Positions 20,025-32,476 of a stretch of DNA of 64,000 bases are shown one piece after another. The position numbers and the translations under genes were made by a program. Numbering within the stretch: the stretch's first letter is position 1; the number at the start of each line of letters is the position of its first letter. Under the pieces are notes generated by a model, which worked only from the letters and a program-made list of their open reading frames with translations, was not told the DNA's origin and searched no databases. Source of the DNA: an uncultured Lachnospiraceae bacterium (GTDB taxonomy: Bacteria; Bacillota; Clostridia; Lachnospirales; Lachnospiraceae); contig CAKRJT010000002.1 in the NCBI GenBank assembly GCA_934351925.1, positions 45,039 to 109,038 of the forward strand, in the 5' to 3' direction.

Positions 20025-21008
20025 CTATTCTGTCCTCACATCTCCCACGACAAGCTGATTTTTGTCCTTATCATACCTGTAATAAGTTCTTACAACCGCC
20101 TTTCTGTCAACTGCGTCAAAGGACTGCGGCCTCGCTCCCTTTGCCCCCAGCACATATATCTCATGGTAGAAAATATATTCTTCATCGGAAGTTTCATCTG
20201 AACTCTCGATAAATTTATACTGGTTAGAAAAATTATCCGACAAATAGTATCCATATCCTTCAACGTAACCATTGTTGTCCAAATCTGCCTGAGTCTGCTT
20301 TTTCAGCTCTGCCAGAAAATACCCATCGTCCGTCTCCATCTCAATGCTCTGCATATTTTCAATGTCAATCACCCAGGTATATGACAGATATCCTATACCC
20401 GTCCCGGTCTCATAAGGCTGATTATCCTCCACAACAAGCTGTTTTGCACCATTCCCCACAATATCGGCAAAATACAGATTAAGTGCCACAATGTCGCTGC
20501 CAAGCTTATTGCTCTCCAGTTTTATACCCTTTCCATCTTTCCACACTATGAATCCGTTTCCCGACGAGATAATATACAGCCCGTCCTCATCGCGCAGTGC
20601 ACACTCCTTTGCTGCTCCGTCAATGACCTCGACAGGCACAAACTGGTGGTCAGCCGCCCAGCCGCCCTCCCCATACTTGCGCTTTATACTGTCCAGTTTG
20701 CCGGGTGTCAGATTCCAGACGCTGAAACTATTCTCATCAGCAACCACTCCCTGTGCATAGTCTCTGTCAAGCACCGGCTCCGTTTTGGGAGCGACATTGT
20801 ACACTGATGTCTGCAGCGCCTCCATCACCTGATTTGCCGCATCACTCTTTTTATTTTCAGCGGTATTTTCCGTAACATTTTCTTGGCTTTCCAAAGTAGT
20901 TGTCACAGTATTCTCATGATTCTTAGAAGCTCCCTCCGTCTTGCAGCCTGACAGCGCCACGGCTGTTATCAGTAACATGCCTGCCATATACGCTGACTTC
21001 ATTTTCAT
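20025..21008 (-). CDS. Lipoprotein of unknown function
   Basis: The signal peptide ends in the lipobox LSGC (MKMKSAYMAGMLLITAVALSGC). Confidence 0.65.
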   Translation of the reverse strand: MKMKSAYMAGMLLITAVALSGCKTEGASKNHENTVTTTLESQENVTENTAENKKSDAANQVMEALQTSVYNVAPKTEPVLDRDYAQGVVADENSFSVWNLTPGKLDSIKRKYGEGGWAADHQFVPVEVIDGAAKECALRDEDGLYIISSGNGFIVWKDGKGIKLESNKLGSDIVALNLYFADIVGNGAKQLVVEDNQPYETGTGIGYLSYTWVIDIENMQSIEMETDDGYFLAELKKQTQADLDNNGYVEGYGYYLSDNFSNQYKFIESSDETSDEEYIFYHEIYVLGAKGARPQSFDAVDRKAVVRTYYRYDKDKNQLVVGDVRTE

Positions 21009-21061
21009 TTAACATTCCCCTTTCTTTATCAATATTATGATTGTATAATTATGCCCTTTTT

Positions 21062-21514
21062 TTATAAAGGCACATAGTTATTCGTAGTATACTCCCAGAC
21101 ACCATATTTATTGCACATGTCATGTATTGCACCAAGCCACTCATCTGTCTGTAGCCTCACATTATTTCCAGAGTACAAGCTTATGTATTGTTCAATAAAG
21201 CTTGCAGCTTGACTTATATTTTTGGTCTCAATAGCGTATATTATCTCCCACCTTTTTTGCCATTCCTCATAATCATCGTAAAATATATATGCCCCCTGTT
21301 CCTCATATGCCATACCCAGACGGTCAGTGATCCTCTTTATTGTCGAGGCATCTGTCTCCCTTTTTCCACTCTCAATGCGGCAAAGATTTCCCTCCGACAT
21401 AAGACCTGCACATAATTCCGTAAGCTTCACCTTTTGTCTTATTCGTTCGTCTTTAATTAAATTTCCCACTGTTTCATTGAGACATACATTGTTATGTTTC
21501 ATGCTATTTACCAA
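21062..21514 (-). CDS. XRE-family helix-turn-helix regulator, short (about 146-150 aa)
   Basis: Contains the HTH_3-like segment GNLIKDERIRQKVKLTELCAGLMSEGNLCRIESGKRETDASTIKRITDRLG. It resembles the N-terminal part of Rgg/PlcR-like regulators. Confidence 0.7.
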   Translation of the reverse strand: MVNSMKHNNVCLNETVGNLIKDERIRQKVKLTELCAGLMSEGNLCRIESGKRETDASTIKRITDRLGMAYEEQGAYIFYDDYEEWQKRWEIIYAIETKNISQAASFIEQYISLYSGNNVRLQTDEWLGAIHDMCNKYGVWEYTTNNYVPL

Positions 21515-21571
21515 ACGGCTGTACCCTTCTACAAGCTTTTAATAATAAATAATGTAAATTACTCCGTCATT

Positions 21572-23131
21572 TTAATTCATCTCGTAGACCCTGTCACAGT
21601 TTACAAGAAGCTCCTTGTCATGTGTTATCATAATGATGATTTTGTCCTTGTATAGCTGCTTCACAAGCTTCATGGCTTCAAGCTGGTTCACGTCATCAAG
21701 CGCGCTGGAAAACTCATCAAGAATAATCACATCCGCATTTTTTAGCATTTCTCTAAGAATCACTATCCTCTGCTTCTCCCCTCCCGACAAGCCGTTGGAT
21801 GTCATTCTGCCAAGTATCTCTCCGCTTATATTGATACGCTCCGCGATATCTCCTATATCCGACGTGTCATCCTTCATTGCGTACCTCACATTGTCCATTA
21901 TCGAACGGTCAAAAAGGCTCGTTCCCTGGTCGACATACGCAATTCTTGACCTGTACCATGACTTATCGATATCTCTGAGTTCAGCGCCGTTGACATATAT
22001 GGCGCCCTTATAATTCTCATACATGGATGTGAGCACGGAGATAAGCGTTGATTTGCCTGCACCGCTGTGACCAACTATTCCGATACATTCCCCGCCCTTG
22101 ATTGAGATATCGGCATATCCTATCTCCTTTCCATTGGCATACGAATAGGACAGCTTCTTCCAGTCCAGTCTTTCAATTCTCTCAAAAGCAATGTTCCCAT
22201 CAACCTTCTCCTTCTCAAGCTGCGTAACCTCATTAATACGCTCTGTGGCTGCCTTCACATACTTGAGCAGCGGGGCAACATTGAGTATCGGAACGGCAGC
22301 ACTTCGCATTTTCTCATAGTACAGCAGCATCATGGTGATTGTACCTATCGAATAGCGTCCCCTTGTGACTGCTACCACGCCAACACTTATAATCAGCAGT
22401 ACACCTATGTCATTTATAAATGTACTCTTAACCTTGCGGTAGCCGTTAAGAAGCTGCTTCCTCCTGTCCGCCTCTGCAAACTCAGCCACCTTAGCGCCTA
22501 TCCGCTCCGCCTCACATTGCTCTGCCGTGTGCATTTTCACAACCCTTCTGTTGGCATACACATCCGACAGCACTGCCCGAAGCCCAGCTAAGCTCTTGTT
22601 TCTATTCTTATAGGCATCCTTTAACGGAAATACATACTCCAAGATACCATTAAGGGCTATCATAGCCACGATAAATACCGCCATAGGAATATTTAACACG
22701 CACAGTCTTATAAAGACAACCACAAATAATATGGCAGACATCAACGTCTCAATGACATCATTCGCATATACTCCGTCCAAAACCATGCCGTCATCAAGCT
22801 GTCTTGACACAACATCGACTGTATCCAGCTCCCTGAACACGTCCTCTTTAATACCAAATACAATCTCCGTGATTCTTCTCTGCCTTAATCTCGTCACCTC
22901 TGCCTTATAATTGTTCACCGTTATATTCTGTGCAACCTGCAGTACGCGCTTCAAGATAAAAAGCACTACCCATATAAGGATAAGCCTTCCAACCACCTCA
23001 AGATTTCCAACACTGTCTATCAATCTTTGCGATATTACCGGCTCAAAATAATCTGCAAAATACAAAAACAGATATAAAAAAAAGAAGCTAATGCAATACT
23101 TAATCGGATATAATATTTTTCGTGTATTCAT
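21572..23131 (-). CDS. ABC exporter, fused permease/ATPase
   Basis: It has an N-terminal 6-TM-type domain, Walker A GHSGAGKST, the signature LSGGEKQR and Walker B IILDEFSSALD. The start MNTRK at 23131 lies behind AGGGAGG. Confidence 0.85.
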   Translation of the reverse strand: MNTRKILYPIKYCISFFFLYLFLYFADYFEPVISQRLIDSVGNLEVVGRLILIWVVLFILKRVLQVAQNITVNNYKAEVTRLRQRRITEIVFGIKEDVFRELDTVDVVSRQLDDGMVLDGVYANDVIETLMSAILFVVVFIRLCVLNIPMAVFIVAMIALNGILEYVFPLKDAYKNRNKSLAGLRAVLSDVYANRRVVKMHTAEQCEAERIGAKVAEFAEADRRKQLLNGYRKVKSTFINDIGVLLIISVGVVAVTRGRYSIGTITMMLLYYEKMRSAAVPILNVAPLLKYVKAATERINEVTQLEKEKVDGNIAFERIERLDWKKLSYSYANGKEIGYADISIKGGECIGIVGHSGAGKSTLISVLTSMYENYKGAIYVNGAELRDIDKSWYRSRIAYVDQGTSLFDRSIMDNVRYAMKDDTSDIGDIAERINISGEILGRMTSNGLSGGEKQRIVILREMLKNADVIILDEFSSALDDVNQLEAMKLVKQLYKDKIIIMITHDKELLVNCDRVYEMN

Positions 23132-23546
23132 ATAATTCCTCCCTAAGCCATGCTTGAAACCGCACCTGAAATGAACCATTGTACCATGTACAAAGTGGTA
23201 AAGCAGTCCGGTTCATGTCGAACATATGTTTATCCATTGAGTACAATATATCAAATACACCAACTTTTGTCAACTACCATAAGCTGGCAAATTAATTTAT
23301 AAAATTAATGAACCACTTTAAAGCATAATGCAGCAAGTCCACAACTAATATGTCTAAGCGGCATACCCTGTCTCCGCATTTGTTTTCTAAATACTTAATA
23401 CATTTTATATCCCTTTTCCTTCAACCACTCTATAACCTCCTCATATAAAATGGTAGTGTCATAAAGCTGCCACGAATATTAATCTGCACAAACTATCTCT
23501 ATCTAATTATATTACTATATTATTTAGTTGACATCTACCCATAGTA

Positions 23547-23596
23547 GGCAAAAATGGGACAGGAGAAAAAGGGAACATGAGTCAAGCTCCTGTCCC
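23547..23596 (-). terminator. Terminator of the GGDEF-RHH gene
   Basis: The 10-bp stem GGGACAGGAG (23556-23565) / CTCCTGTCCC (23587-23596) is followed on the minus strand by ATTTTTG. Confidence 0.6.
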
Positions 23597-23626
23597 TTTT
23601 GACCCCTGTCCCATCCAGCCGGTTAA

Positions 23627-24280
23627 TCAGACGTCATACTTTTTGAGCAGCATATCCATAGCTTCCCTCAAAAGTATCGCCTCTCCTATGCCCTCCCTTT
23701 TAGAAAGAAGGTTGAGCCTCTTTAGCTGGTCCTGCGTGTAATGTGATGTCTTTGGAACCATTTTCTCTTCCTTCGCAAGAGCGACTTTGTTTCTACCGTT
23801 GTATTTTGCCCTGAACATGGCGCTGTCCGCCATTCTGACAAGCTCCTGATAGCGCGATGCATTCTCAAATGCCGTCGCGATGCCTATTGAAATGGTCATC
23901 GCCGTTCCATCGGGAAGCTTCACATCATAATTCTTCCTCATGTCCTCCATCAGCAGAAAAATGTCCTCTTTCTCCATCTGCCCCTTAAAAATAAAGCCAA
24001 ATTCATCTCCACCCACTCGATAAAGTGTTCCGTTTTCACCAAGATAATTCTTGAGATGATTTCCCGTCTCGATTATAACCCTGTCTCCCTCATCACGGTT
24101 AAAATCACTATTAACCCTTGCGAAATTGTCCAAATCGACCAACGCAATGATGATATTGTCGCCTTCCTCGGCATTCTCCGCCGTCAAAAGCGCCTGTAAG
24201 TCCTCCTCAAAGCCCTTGCCTTCCCTCAAGTTTAATGCTTCGTCAACCTTTTTGTGATGTTCTAATTTTATGGTTGCCAT
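23627..24280 (-). CDS. Minimal GGDEF diguanylate cyclase fused to a C-terminal ribbon-helix-helix (CopG/ParD-like) domain
   Basis: The active-site region RVGGDEFGFIF is intact, and there is no RxxD I-site 5 aa upstream. The last ~42 aa (KTSHYTQDQLKRLNLLSKREGIGEAILLREAMDMLLKKYDV) fit the RHH strand-helix-helix pattern. Confidence 0.8.
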   Translation of the reverse strand: MATIKLEHHKKVDEALNLREGKGFEEDLQALLTAENAEEGDNIIIALVDLDNFARVNSDFNRDEGDRVIIETGNHLKNYLGENGTLYRVGGDEFGFIFKGQMEKEDIFLLMEDMRKNYDVKLPDGTAMTISIGIATAFENASRYQELVRMADSAMFRAKYNGRNKVALAKEEKMVPKTSHYTQDQLKRLNLLSKREGIGEAILLREAMDMLLKKYDV

Positions 24281-24335
24281 AGTGTATCCTCCCTTTCAAA
24301 ATATAATTGTCGTTACTTTGCAAATTGTATTTTGC

Positions 24336-24358
24336 AATATTATTTTTGAAATAATATT
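24336..24358. promoter_or_regulatory. Palindromic operator candidate O1
   Basis: AATATTATTT-TTG-AAATAATATT has perfect 10-bp inverted arms and lies 56 nt upstream of the GGDEF-RHH start. Confidence 0.45.
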
Positions 24359-24400
24359 TACAATAACATATTATATTATTTAGCATTATTTGTCAAGCAA

Positions 24401-24423
24401 TATATTATTTTCCAAATAATATA
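24401..24423. promoter_or_regulatory. Palindromic operator candidate O2
   Basis: TATATTATTT-TCC-AAATAATATA has perfect 10-bp inverted arms. Its centre is 65 bp from the O1 centre. Confidence 0.45.
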
Positions 24424-24450
24424 AGTACATATTATTGCAAATTGACATAC

Positions 24451-24493
24451 AAAAAGACCGCCAACCACACCATCATGCGGTTCGCGGTCTTTT
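24451..24493. terminator. Bidirectional rho-independent terminator after atpC (operon 1)
   Basis: The structure is A5-GACCGCCAACC...GGTTCGCGGTC-T4. Confidence 0.7.
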
Positions 24494-24515
24494 ACACCCA
24501 TATAGCTTAGGGTTA

Positions 24516-24920
24516 CTAGCCCTTGAGTTCTATTCTGGTAAGCGCTCTCTTCAGCGCGTACTCGGCTCTCGCCATATCTATCTCGCCCTCGTGGGAGGAT
24601 AATCTGCGCTCGGCTCTGATTTTCGCCTCGTTGGCACGGTTAATGTCTATCTCGTCCGGCCACTCGGCTATCTCAGCGAGCACCATAACGCTCTTCTTTC
24701 CTATCTCAATGAATCCGGAATGAAGGGCTGCCGCCTTCACATTGCCTTCAGCGTCGTGGATATGTGCCACGCCCGGTGAGAGTATCATGGCTGTAGGGGC
24801 GTGGTCAGCGTATATACCGACCTGTCCCTCCGTCGTGTTCAGCTCAACCATGCTGCTGTCCCCGGCATAGAAGGTTCTGTCAGGCGTTATTATTTTAAGT
24901 TCAAATAATTTGTCTGCCAT
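24516..24920 (-). CDS. atpC: F1 ATP synthase epsilon subunit (operon 1)
   Basis: 134 aa with typical epsilon sequence; last gene of the canonical operon order. Confidence 0.9.
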   Translation of the reverse strand: MADKLFELKIITPDRTFYAGDSSMVELNTTEGQVGIYADHAPTAMILSPGVAHIHDAEGNVKAAALHSGFIEIGKKSVMVLAEIAEWPDEIDINRANEAKIRAERRLSSHEGEIDMARAEYALKRALTRIELKG

Positions 24921-24939
24921 CTAATCAACTCCCGTCAGG

Positions 24940-26358
<1,419 letters not shown>

Positions 26359-26419
26359 TTAAGCAAGCGGTTATTCACAATCCGCTACGCAATAGTTCAG
26401 CTATGCTAAACTAATTATT

Positions 26420-27292
26420 TTAACTTATCGCATTCGCTCCCGCTATAATCTCGGTAAGCTCCTGTGTGATAGAGCCCTGTCGTGCTCTGTTATACATGAG
26501 GGATAAGTCGTCAATCATCTCATCAGCATTGCTTGTCGCATTGTCCATGGCTGTCATACGCGCGCCGTTCTCGCTCGCAACGGACTCCACAAGCGCACCG
26601 TATATAAGGCTGCTGACATACTTAGGAATGATGATATCGAGCGCCTCCTGCTCCTCAGGCTCGTACTCCATGACCGAACCGTCGGCAAGCTCCTCCTTCT
26701 CACTGTCCTTTAACTGTATGTCATCAGCACTGATAGGAAGCAGCTTTATAAATACGGGAACCTGACTCACCGTGTTCATAAAGCAGGTGTAGGCAAGGTA
26801 GATTTCGCTGACCTCGCCGCTTGTGTACGCGTCAAGCACAGCCTGCGCTATATCCATGGCATCTCTGTACATCGGCTCGTTAATTACATCTGAATAATCA
26901 GCCTTGATGTCATAGCCTCTTCTTGCAAGATAATCCTTGCCCTTACGGCCTATGGTGTATACAAGCATATCTTCCTTTGCAATGCCGCAGGAAGTAACCT
27001 GCTTGATTACATTGGTGTTGTAACCGCCTGCAAGACCTCTGTTGGAGGTGATTAAGATGACAGCTTTCTTTCCTTCGCCGGAATTGTTAAGAAATCTGTG
27101 GTTAATCGAACCGCTTCTTGCAATCATGGTCGTAACGGCCTTATACATAGCATCAAAATACGGTTTGGAATTCTCCGCTCTGCTTCTCGCCTTCTGGAGC
27201 TTAACCGTAGCGACAAGCTTCATAGCCTTGGTAATCTGACCTGTGCTCTGAATGCTCTCCTTACGCCTCTTTATATCTCTCATTGATGCCAT
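26420..27292 (-). CDS. atpG: F1 ATP synthase gamma subunit (operon 1)
   Basis: The N-terminus is MASMRDIKRRKESIQSTGQITKAMKLVA and the C-terminus is ITQELTEIIAGANAIS. Confidence 0.93.
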   Translation of the reverse strand: MASMRDIKRRKESIQSTGQITKAMKLVATVKLQKARSRAENSKPYFDAMYKAVTTMIARSGSINHRFLNNSGEGKKAVILITSNRGLAGGYNTNVIKQVTSCGIAKEDMLVYTIGRKGKDYLARRGYDIKADYSDVINEPMYRDAMDIAQAVLDAYTSGEVSEIYLAYTCFMNTVSQVPVFIKLLPISADDIQLKDSEKEELADGSVMEYEPEEQEALDIIIPKYVSSLIYGALVESVASENGARMTAMDNATSNADEMIDDLSLMYNRARQGSITQELTEIIAGANAIS

Positions 27293-27309
27293 ACCGATAA
27301 CCTCCTATC

Positions 27310-28836
<1,527 letters not shown>

Positions 28837-28862
28837 TTATAATCTTCGTACTGCCTGCCATA

Positions 28863-29411
28863 CTACGAGAGCTGAATGTTATTGAGCTTCTTCGTAAGCT
28901 GTGCAAGCTTTGTCTTAATACTGGTATCCACAACTCTGTCCCCAATGCGGATGACCATGCCTCCAATGAGGCTCTTGTCTACGGAATAGTCCATCTCAAG
29001 CTTCTTAAAGCCTGTGGTGTCAAGGATTCTCTTCTCAACCGCCGCCTTCTGCCCGTCCGACAGCTCCATCGGAGCCGCCACATTCACTATGCCTATTTTG
29101 AGGTAGTCCTTTACGGCTGCGATAAAGTACTCGAGTATTCCCTGAATATCGTTCTGCCTGTCTTTCTCGACCGCAAGAACGATAAGCCCCGTGATATCCT
29201 TTCTCACGCGTGGCTCAAAGATGTTTTCCATAGTCTTTACCTTGTCGGTTTTACTTATTTTCGGGTTGTTCAGGAAATCCGCAAGTTCTCCGTTCTCCTT
29301 AAACGCCTCCAAAACAATCTGTACCTCATCAAGATATCCGGCAGCACTGCCGCTCTCGATGGCGAGCTCATAAAGAGCCTGTCCGTACGCTGATGCTGCT
29401 AATTTTGCCAT
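28863..29411 (-). CDS. atpH: F1 ATP synthase delta (OSCP) subunit (operon 1)
   Basis: 182 aa, OSCP-like (..LIGGMVIRIGDRVVDTSIKTKL..). It overlaps the atpF stop. Confidence 0.9.
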   Translation of the reverse strand: MAKLAASAYGQALYELAIESGSAAGYLDEVQIVLEAFKENGELADFLNNPKISKTDKVKTMENIFEPRVRKDITGLIVLAVEKDRQNDIQGILEYFIAAVKDYLKIGIVNVAAPMELSDGQKAAVEKRILDTTGFKKLEMDYSVDKSLIGGMVIRIGDRVVDTSIKTKLAQLTKKLNNIQLS

Positions 29412-29914
29412 GTATCATCACCCATTTCACGAAGCGTCTCGTCAACCAATGACGCCTGAATGTCTGTGTCAATTGAAGCAGATACCACCTTGCCGGCAAG
29501 AGCCGATGCAAGAGCTACCATTTCCTTCTTCATATCATCGGCTGCACCCTTCTTCTCTAAGAGAACCTCGTTGTGTGCTCTCTCGATAATATGGGCAGCC
29601 TCGGTCTTAGCCTCTTCTATAATCTGTTCCTCTCTCGCAAGTGCACGCTTTCTCGCATCTGCAAGAATAGCCTCCACTTCCTTATCCACCTCTTTCAGCT
29701 TAGCCTCATACTCAGCCTTCATAGCCTCCGCGTCAGCCGCGTCAGCCTTAGCCTTCTCGATATCGCCGGCGATGCCTTCCTTACGCTTGTTAAGGAAATT
29801 TCTCACCGGATTGAACATCAGATATGAGCCTGCCAGAAAGAGAATAAAGATGTTAACTGCCGTTATAACCACATCCTGGATAAGCTGGGGATCTAGGTTG
29901 AACATTCTTTCCAA
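29399..29914 (-). CDS. atpF: Fo ATP synthase b subunit (operon 1)
   Basis: It has an N-terminal TM helix followed by a long charged coiled coil. Confidence 0.88.
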   Translation of the reverse strand: MERMFNLDPQLIQDVVITAVNIFILFLAGSYLMFNPVRNFLNKRKEGIAGDIEKAKADAADAEAMKAEYEAKLKEVDKEVEAILADARKRALAREEQIIEEAKTEAAHIIERAHNEVLLEKKGAADDMKKEMVALASALAGKVVSASIDTDIQASLVDETLREMGDDTWQN

Positions 29915-29964
29915 GGTCTTGCCTCCCTTCGCCTATTATTCTCGTTAGCTTAACCCTTTAAAAA

Positions 29965-30249
<285 letters not shown>

Positions 30250-30272
30250 TTATATTGTTTTTTAGATTCAAC

Positions 30273-30992
30273 TTATTCATCTGCGATCTTATCGTTGATA
30301 TATACCATCGTAAGCATACAGAATACATACGTCTGAATTGCGCCCGAGAACACATCAAAATAAACATGAAGTGCAGCCGGAAGTCCCAGCTTAAGGAATA
30401 TCGGCAGCAATCCGTAAATCAGTCCCATCATAACAGTACCTGACATAATGTTACCAAAAAGACGGAGAGATAATGAAAGCGGGACTGCAAACTCTCCTAT
30501 CAGGTTAATAGGGAAAAGAAGCGGAACCGGCTGGAAAAGGTTCGTAAAATGCTTTCCCTTATTCTTGGCAATACCACACCCCTGCACAAGTGCAAAGGTA
30601 ATAAGGCCCAGTGGTAATGTAACACCGTAATCTGCCGTCGGCGGTCTAAGACCTAAAAGACCCGACAAATTGCAGAACAGTATAAACATGAATATCGCAC
30701 AGATGTAATTCACAAAGCGTCTCGCGTTCCTGCCCATAATAGACGCAACCATATTGTCTATGGTCTGAACATACATCTCTATGATATTCTGGAATGTACC
30801 CGGAATCTGTTTTGCGTGTTTCATCGTATGATGAGCGCATATCATGATAATAAGTATAATTATCGTCACGATAAACATTGCCACATGGGTTGTCGTAATA
30901 TACAACTCCTGCCCAAACAGCGTGTATCTAAACACACCATGAATCATGAAATCAGCGTCCGCCAATATCATACCCGGGAATTGTCCTGACAC
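30273..30992 (-). CDS. atpB: Fo ATP synthase a subunit (operon 1)
   Basis: Contains LSLRLFGNIMSG (the conserved Arg helix). A GTG start lies behind AAGGAGG. Confidence 0.93.
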   Translation of the reverse strand: MSGQFPGMILADADFMIHGVFRYTLFGQELYITTTHVAMFIVTIIILIIMICAHHTMKHAKQIPGTFQNIIEMYVQTIDNMVASIMGRNARRFVNYICAIFMFILFCNLSGLLGLRPPTADYGVTLPLGLITFALVQGCGIAKNKGKHFTNLFQPVPLLFPINLIGEFAVPLSLSLRLFGNIMSGTVMMGLIYGLLPIFLKLGLPAALHVYFDVFSGAIQTYVFCMLTMVYINDKIADE

Positions 30993-30996
30993 GTTA

Positions 30997-31398
30997 TCAA
31001 CCTCCTTGCTTTTTTTTAGTTGCTTTTTCCATAAGCCTGTGAGTCAAAGGCTGGGCATAGGCCGCAAGCTTCAAGCCGAAAAAACCTGCAAACGTGGTTA
31101 TAAGGTTCAGCCAGCCAAAATATCCCACTGCTCCCAAAAGAACCACAGCCGCCAACATCCTCCCCACTGAGGAAAATGCAAGAAACGCCGAATGTCCCTT
31201 CTGCATGTGCATAGCCTTATATATGGTATGCTTCATTGAAAACAGCATGAGCACTCCGGCTGCGCCTCCAAGCAGCAATCCTCCCTCGCCCTTGAGCTTG
31301 TCTTTGGTAAAAATAAGAACGAATACTGATGCTATGACAAGATATGCCGCCATACCAATCAATACCTCACTAATGGTCTTTTTCGTTGTGTCTGTCAT
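30997..31398 (-). CDS. atpI: ATP synthase protein I (AtpI family membrane protein)
   Basis: A 133-aa protein with four hydrophobic helices, immediately upstream of atpB. Confidence 0.7.
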   Translation of the reverse strand: MTDTTKKTISEVLIGMAAYLVIASVFVLIFTKDKLKGEGGLLLGGAAGVLMLFSMKHTIYKAMHMQKGHSAFLAFSSVGRMLAAVVLLGAVGYFGWLNLITTFAGFFGLKLAAYAQPLTHRLMEKATKKKQGG

Positions 31399-31657
31399 CT
31401 TCGTTGCTCCCTGTCACGGCATCCGACGGGTGTCTGCGCGGCTGCGTATCCCCCGATGCCTTCTTTGCCATGAGATAGCAGTTTCTCATTCCTGCTGCCA
31501 TTCCTAAAAAAAGCAGTGGAATAACCACCCATGTTCCTATGAATTTTCCAATCCATATACCAATAAACAAGCATAAAAATGTCGGAACCATGACATTAAT
31601 CCCAAGCTGGGAAATAAGAGCAAGATTTTTATATGCATTATGCTTCTTATCCGCCAT
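31370..31657 (-). CDS. atpZ: AtpZ/AtpI-family small membrane protein (putative F0F1-associated)
   Basis: The start is MADKKHNAYKNLALISQLGINVMVP. It has two TM helices, is the first gene of the operon, and overlaps the atpI start. Confidence 0.65.
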   Translation of the reverse strand: MADKKHNAYKNLALISQLGINVMVPTFLCLFIGIWIGKFIGTWVVIPLLFLGMAAGMRNCYLMAKKASGDTQPRRHPSDAVTGSNEDDRHNEKDH

Positions 31658-31693
31658 TGTTCTCCTCCATCTTTGCAAAGCTTACTGATACAA

Positions 31694-31722
31694 ATTATAC
31701 TATTTTTTTGTATGAAAGTCCA
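31694..31722 (-). promoter_or_regulatory. Candidate sigma-A promoter of atp operon 1
   Basis: On the minus strand: TGGACT (31722-31717), a 17-nt spacer, then TATAAT (31699-31694). It lies about 37 nt upstream of the atpZ start. Confidence 0.4.
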
Positions 31723-31864
31723 TTAAATATTAATAAATAGTGAGTGTCGGACACAAATTCGAAAAATGCTGACGTATGGCACAATTAATTTCTGTAAATT
31801 ATTGAATTAATTGTATAATTTTGGTATATTTGTTGTAACAGAACCCACCTATGGAGGTATTCCC

Positions 31865-32347
31865 ATGAAGAGACCCATTATTTTCCGAAAGAGATTCATT
31901 CCTTCCGAGCTGGTAGAGCTCAAGGACGACGTTCTTTTATACCGAGATGACTCCATGCTCATCACGCGCTGGACCACATTAAAGCCGCGCCATGACATAG
32001 CCGGCGGCATATCGCTCTACCTTATCAACAAGGGCTGTAAGATTTCCCGTATTCACGATGCCTTTGGAAGATTTCTGCACTACTACTGCGATATTATCCA
32101 CACAGATTATTCTGCCGAGAACGATACTTATATATTCACCGATCTGCTGGCGGATATCATTGTCCACCGTGATAACAGATATTCCGTCGTCGATCTCGAC
32201 GAGCTCGCCGAAGCTCTCAGGAGCTCCCTCATCGACACAGACACGATATGCGAAGCTCTCTGTTCCACAGACAGGCTGATACGCTGCATCGACAATGGTG
32301 AATTTCATGGTTATACCAATATGATAGAGCGCTATGTGTCACTCTGA
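31865..32347 (+). CDS. DUF402-domain protein (nucleoside di/triphosphatase-like)
   Basis: The start MKRPIIFRKRFIP lies behind GGAGG. The DUF402-like core is ...YYCDIIHTDY...FTDLLADIIV. The family call is by resemblance. Confidence 0.6.
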   Translation: MKRPIIFRKRFIPSELVELKDDVLLYRDDSMLITRWTTLKPRHDIAGGISLYLINKGCKISRIHDAFGRFLHYYCDIIHTDYSAENDTYIFTDLLADIIVHRDNRYSVVDLDELAEALRSSLIDTDTICEALCSTDRLIRCIDNGEFHGYTNMIERYVSL

Positions 32348-32476
32348 AATAATCGGAGTGGCATATAGCGCTCTTTCTTTTTTTCACATACGTTTCCATA
32401 ATGCCTGATTCGTAACATGCTGATTTAATGTATGGGTGTATAACGTACCATATCCTTACCGGGGCATCTGTGAAAT

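Noticed and set aside
23395-23481. A possible C-terminal gene remnant on the minus strand (..WQLYDTTILYEEVIEWLKEKGYKMY*), and a 7-codon GTG micro-ORF behind GAGGAGG.
   Set aside because: The open frame is only 27 codons, bounded by an upstream stop, with no start codon. It is too short to assign, and the SD-like GAGGAGG is probably part of the relic coding sequence.
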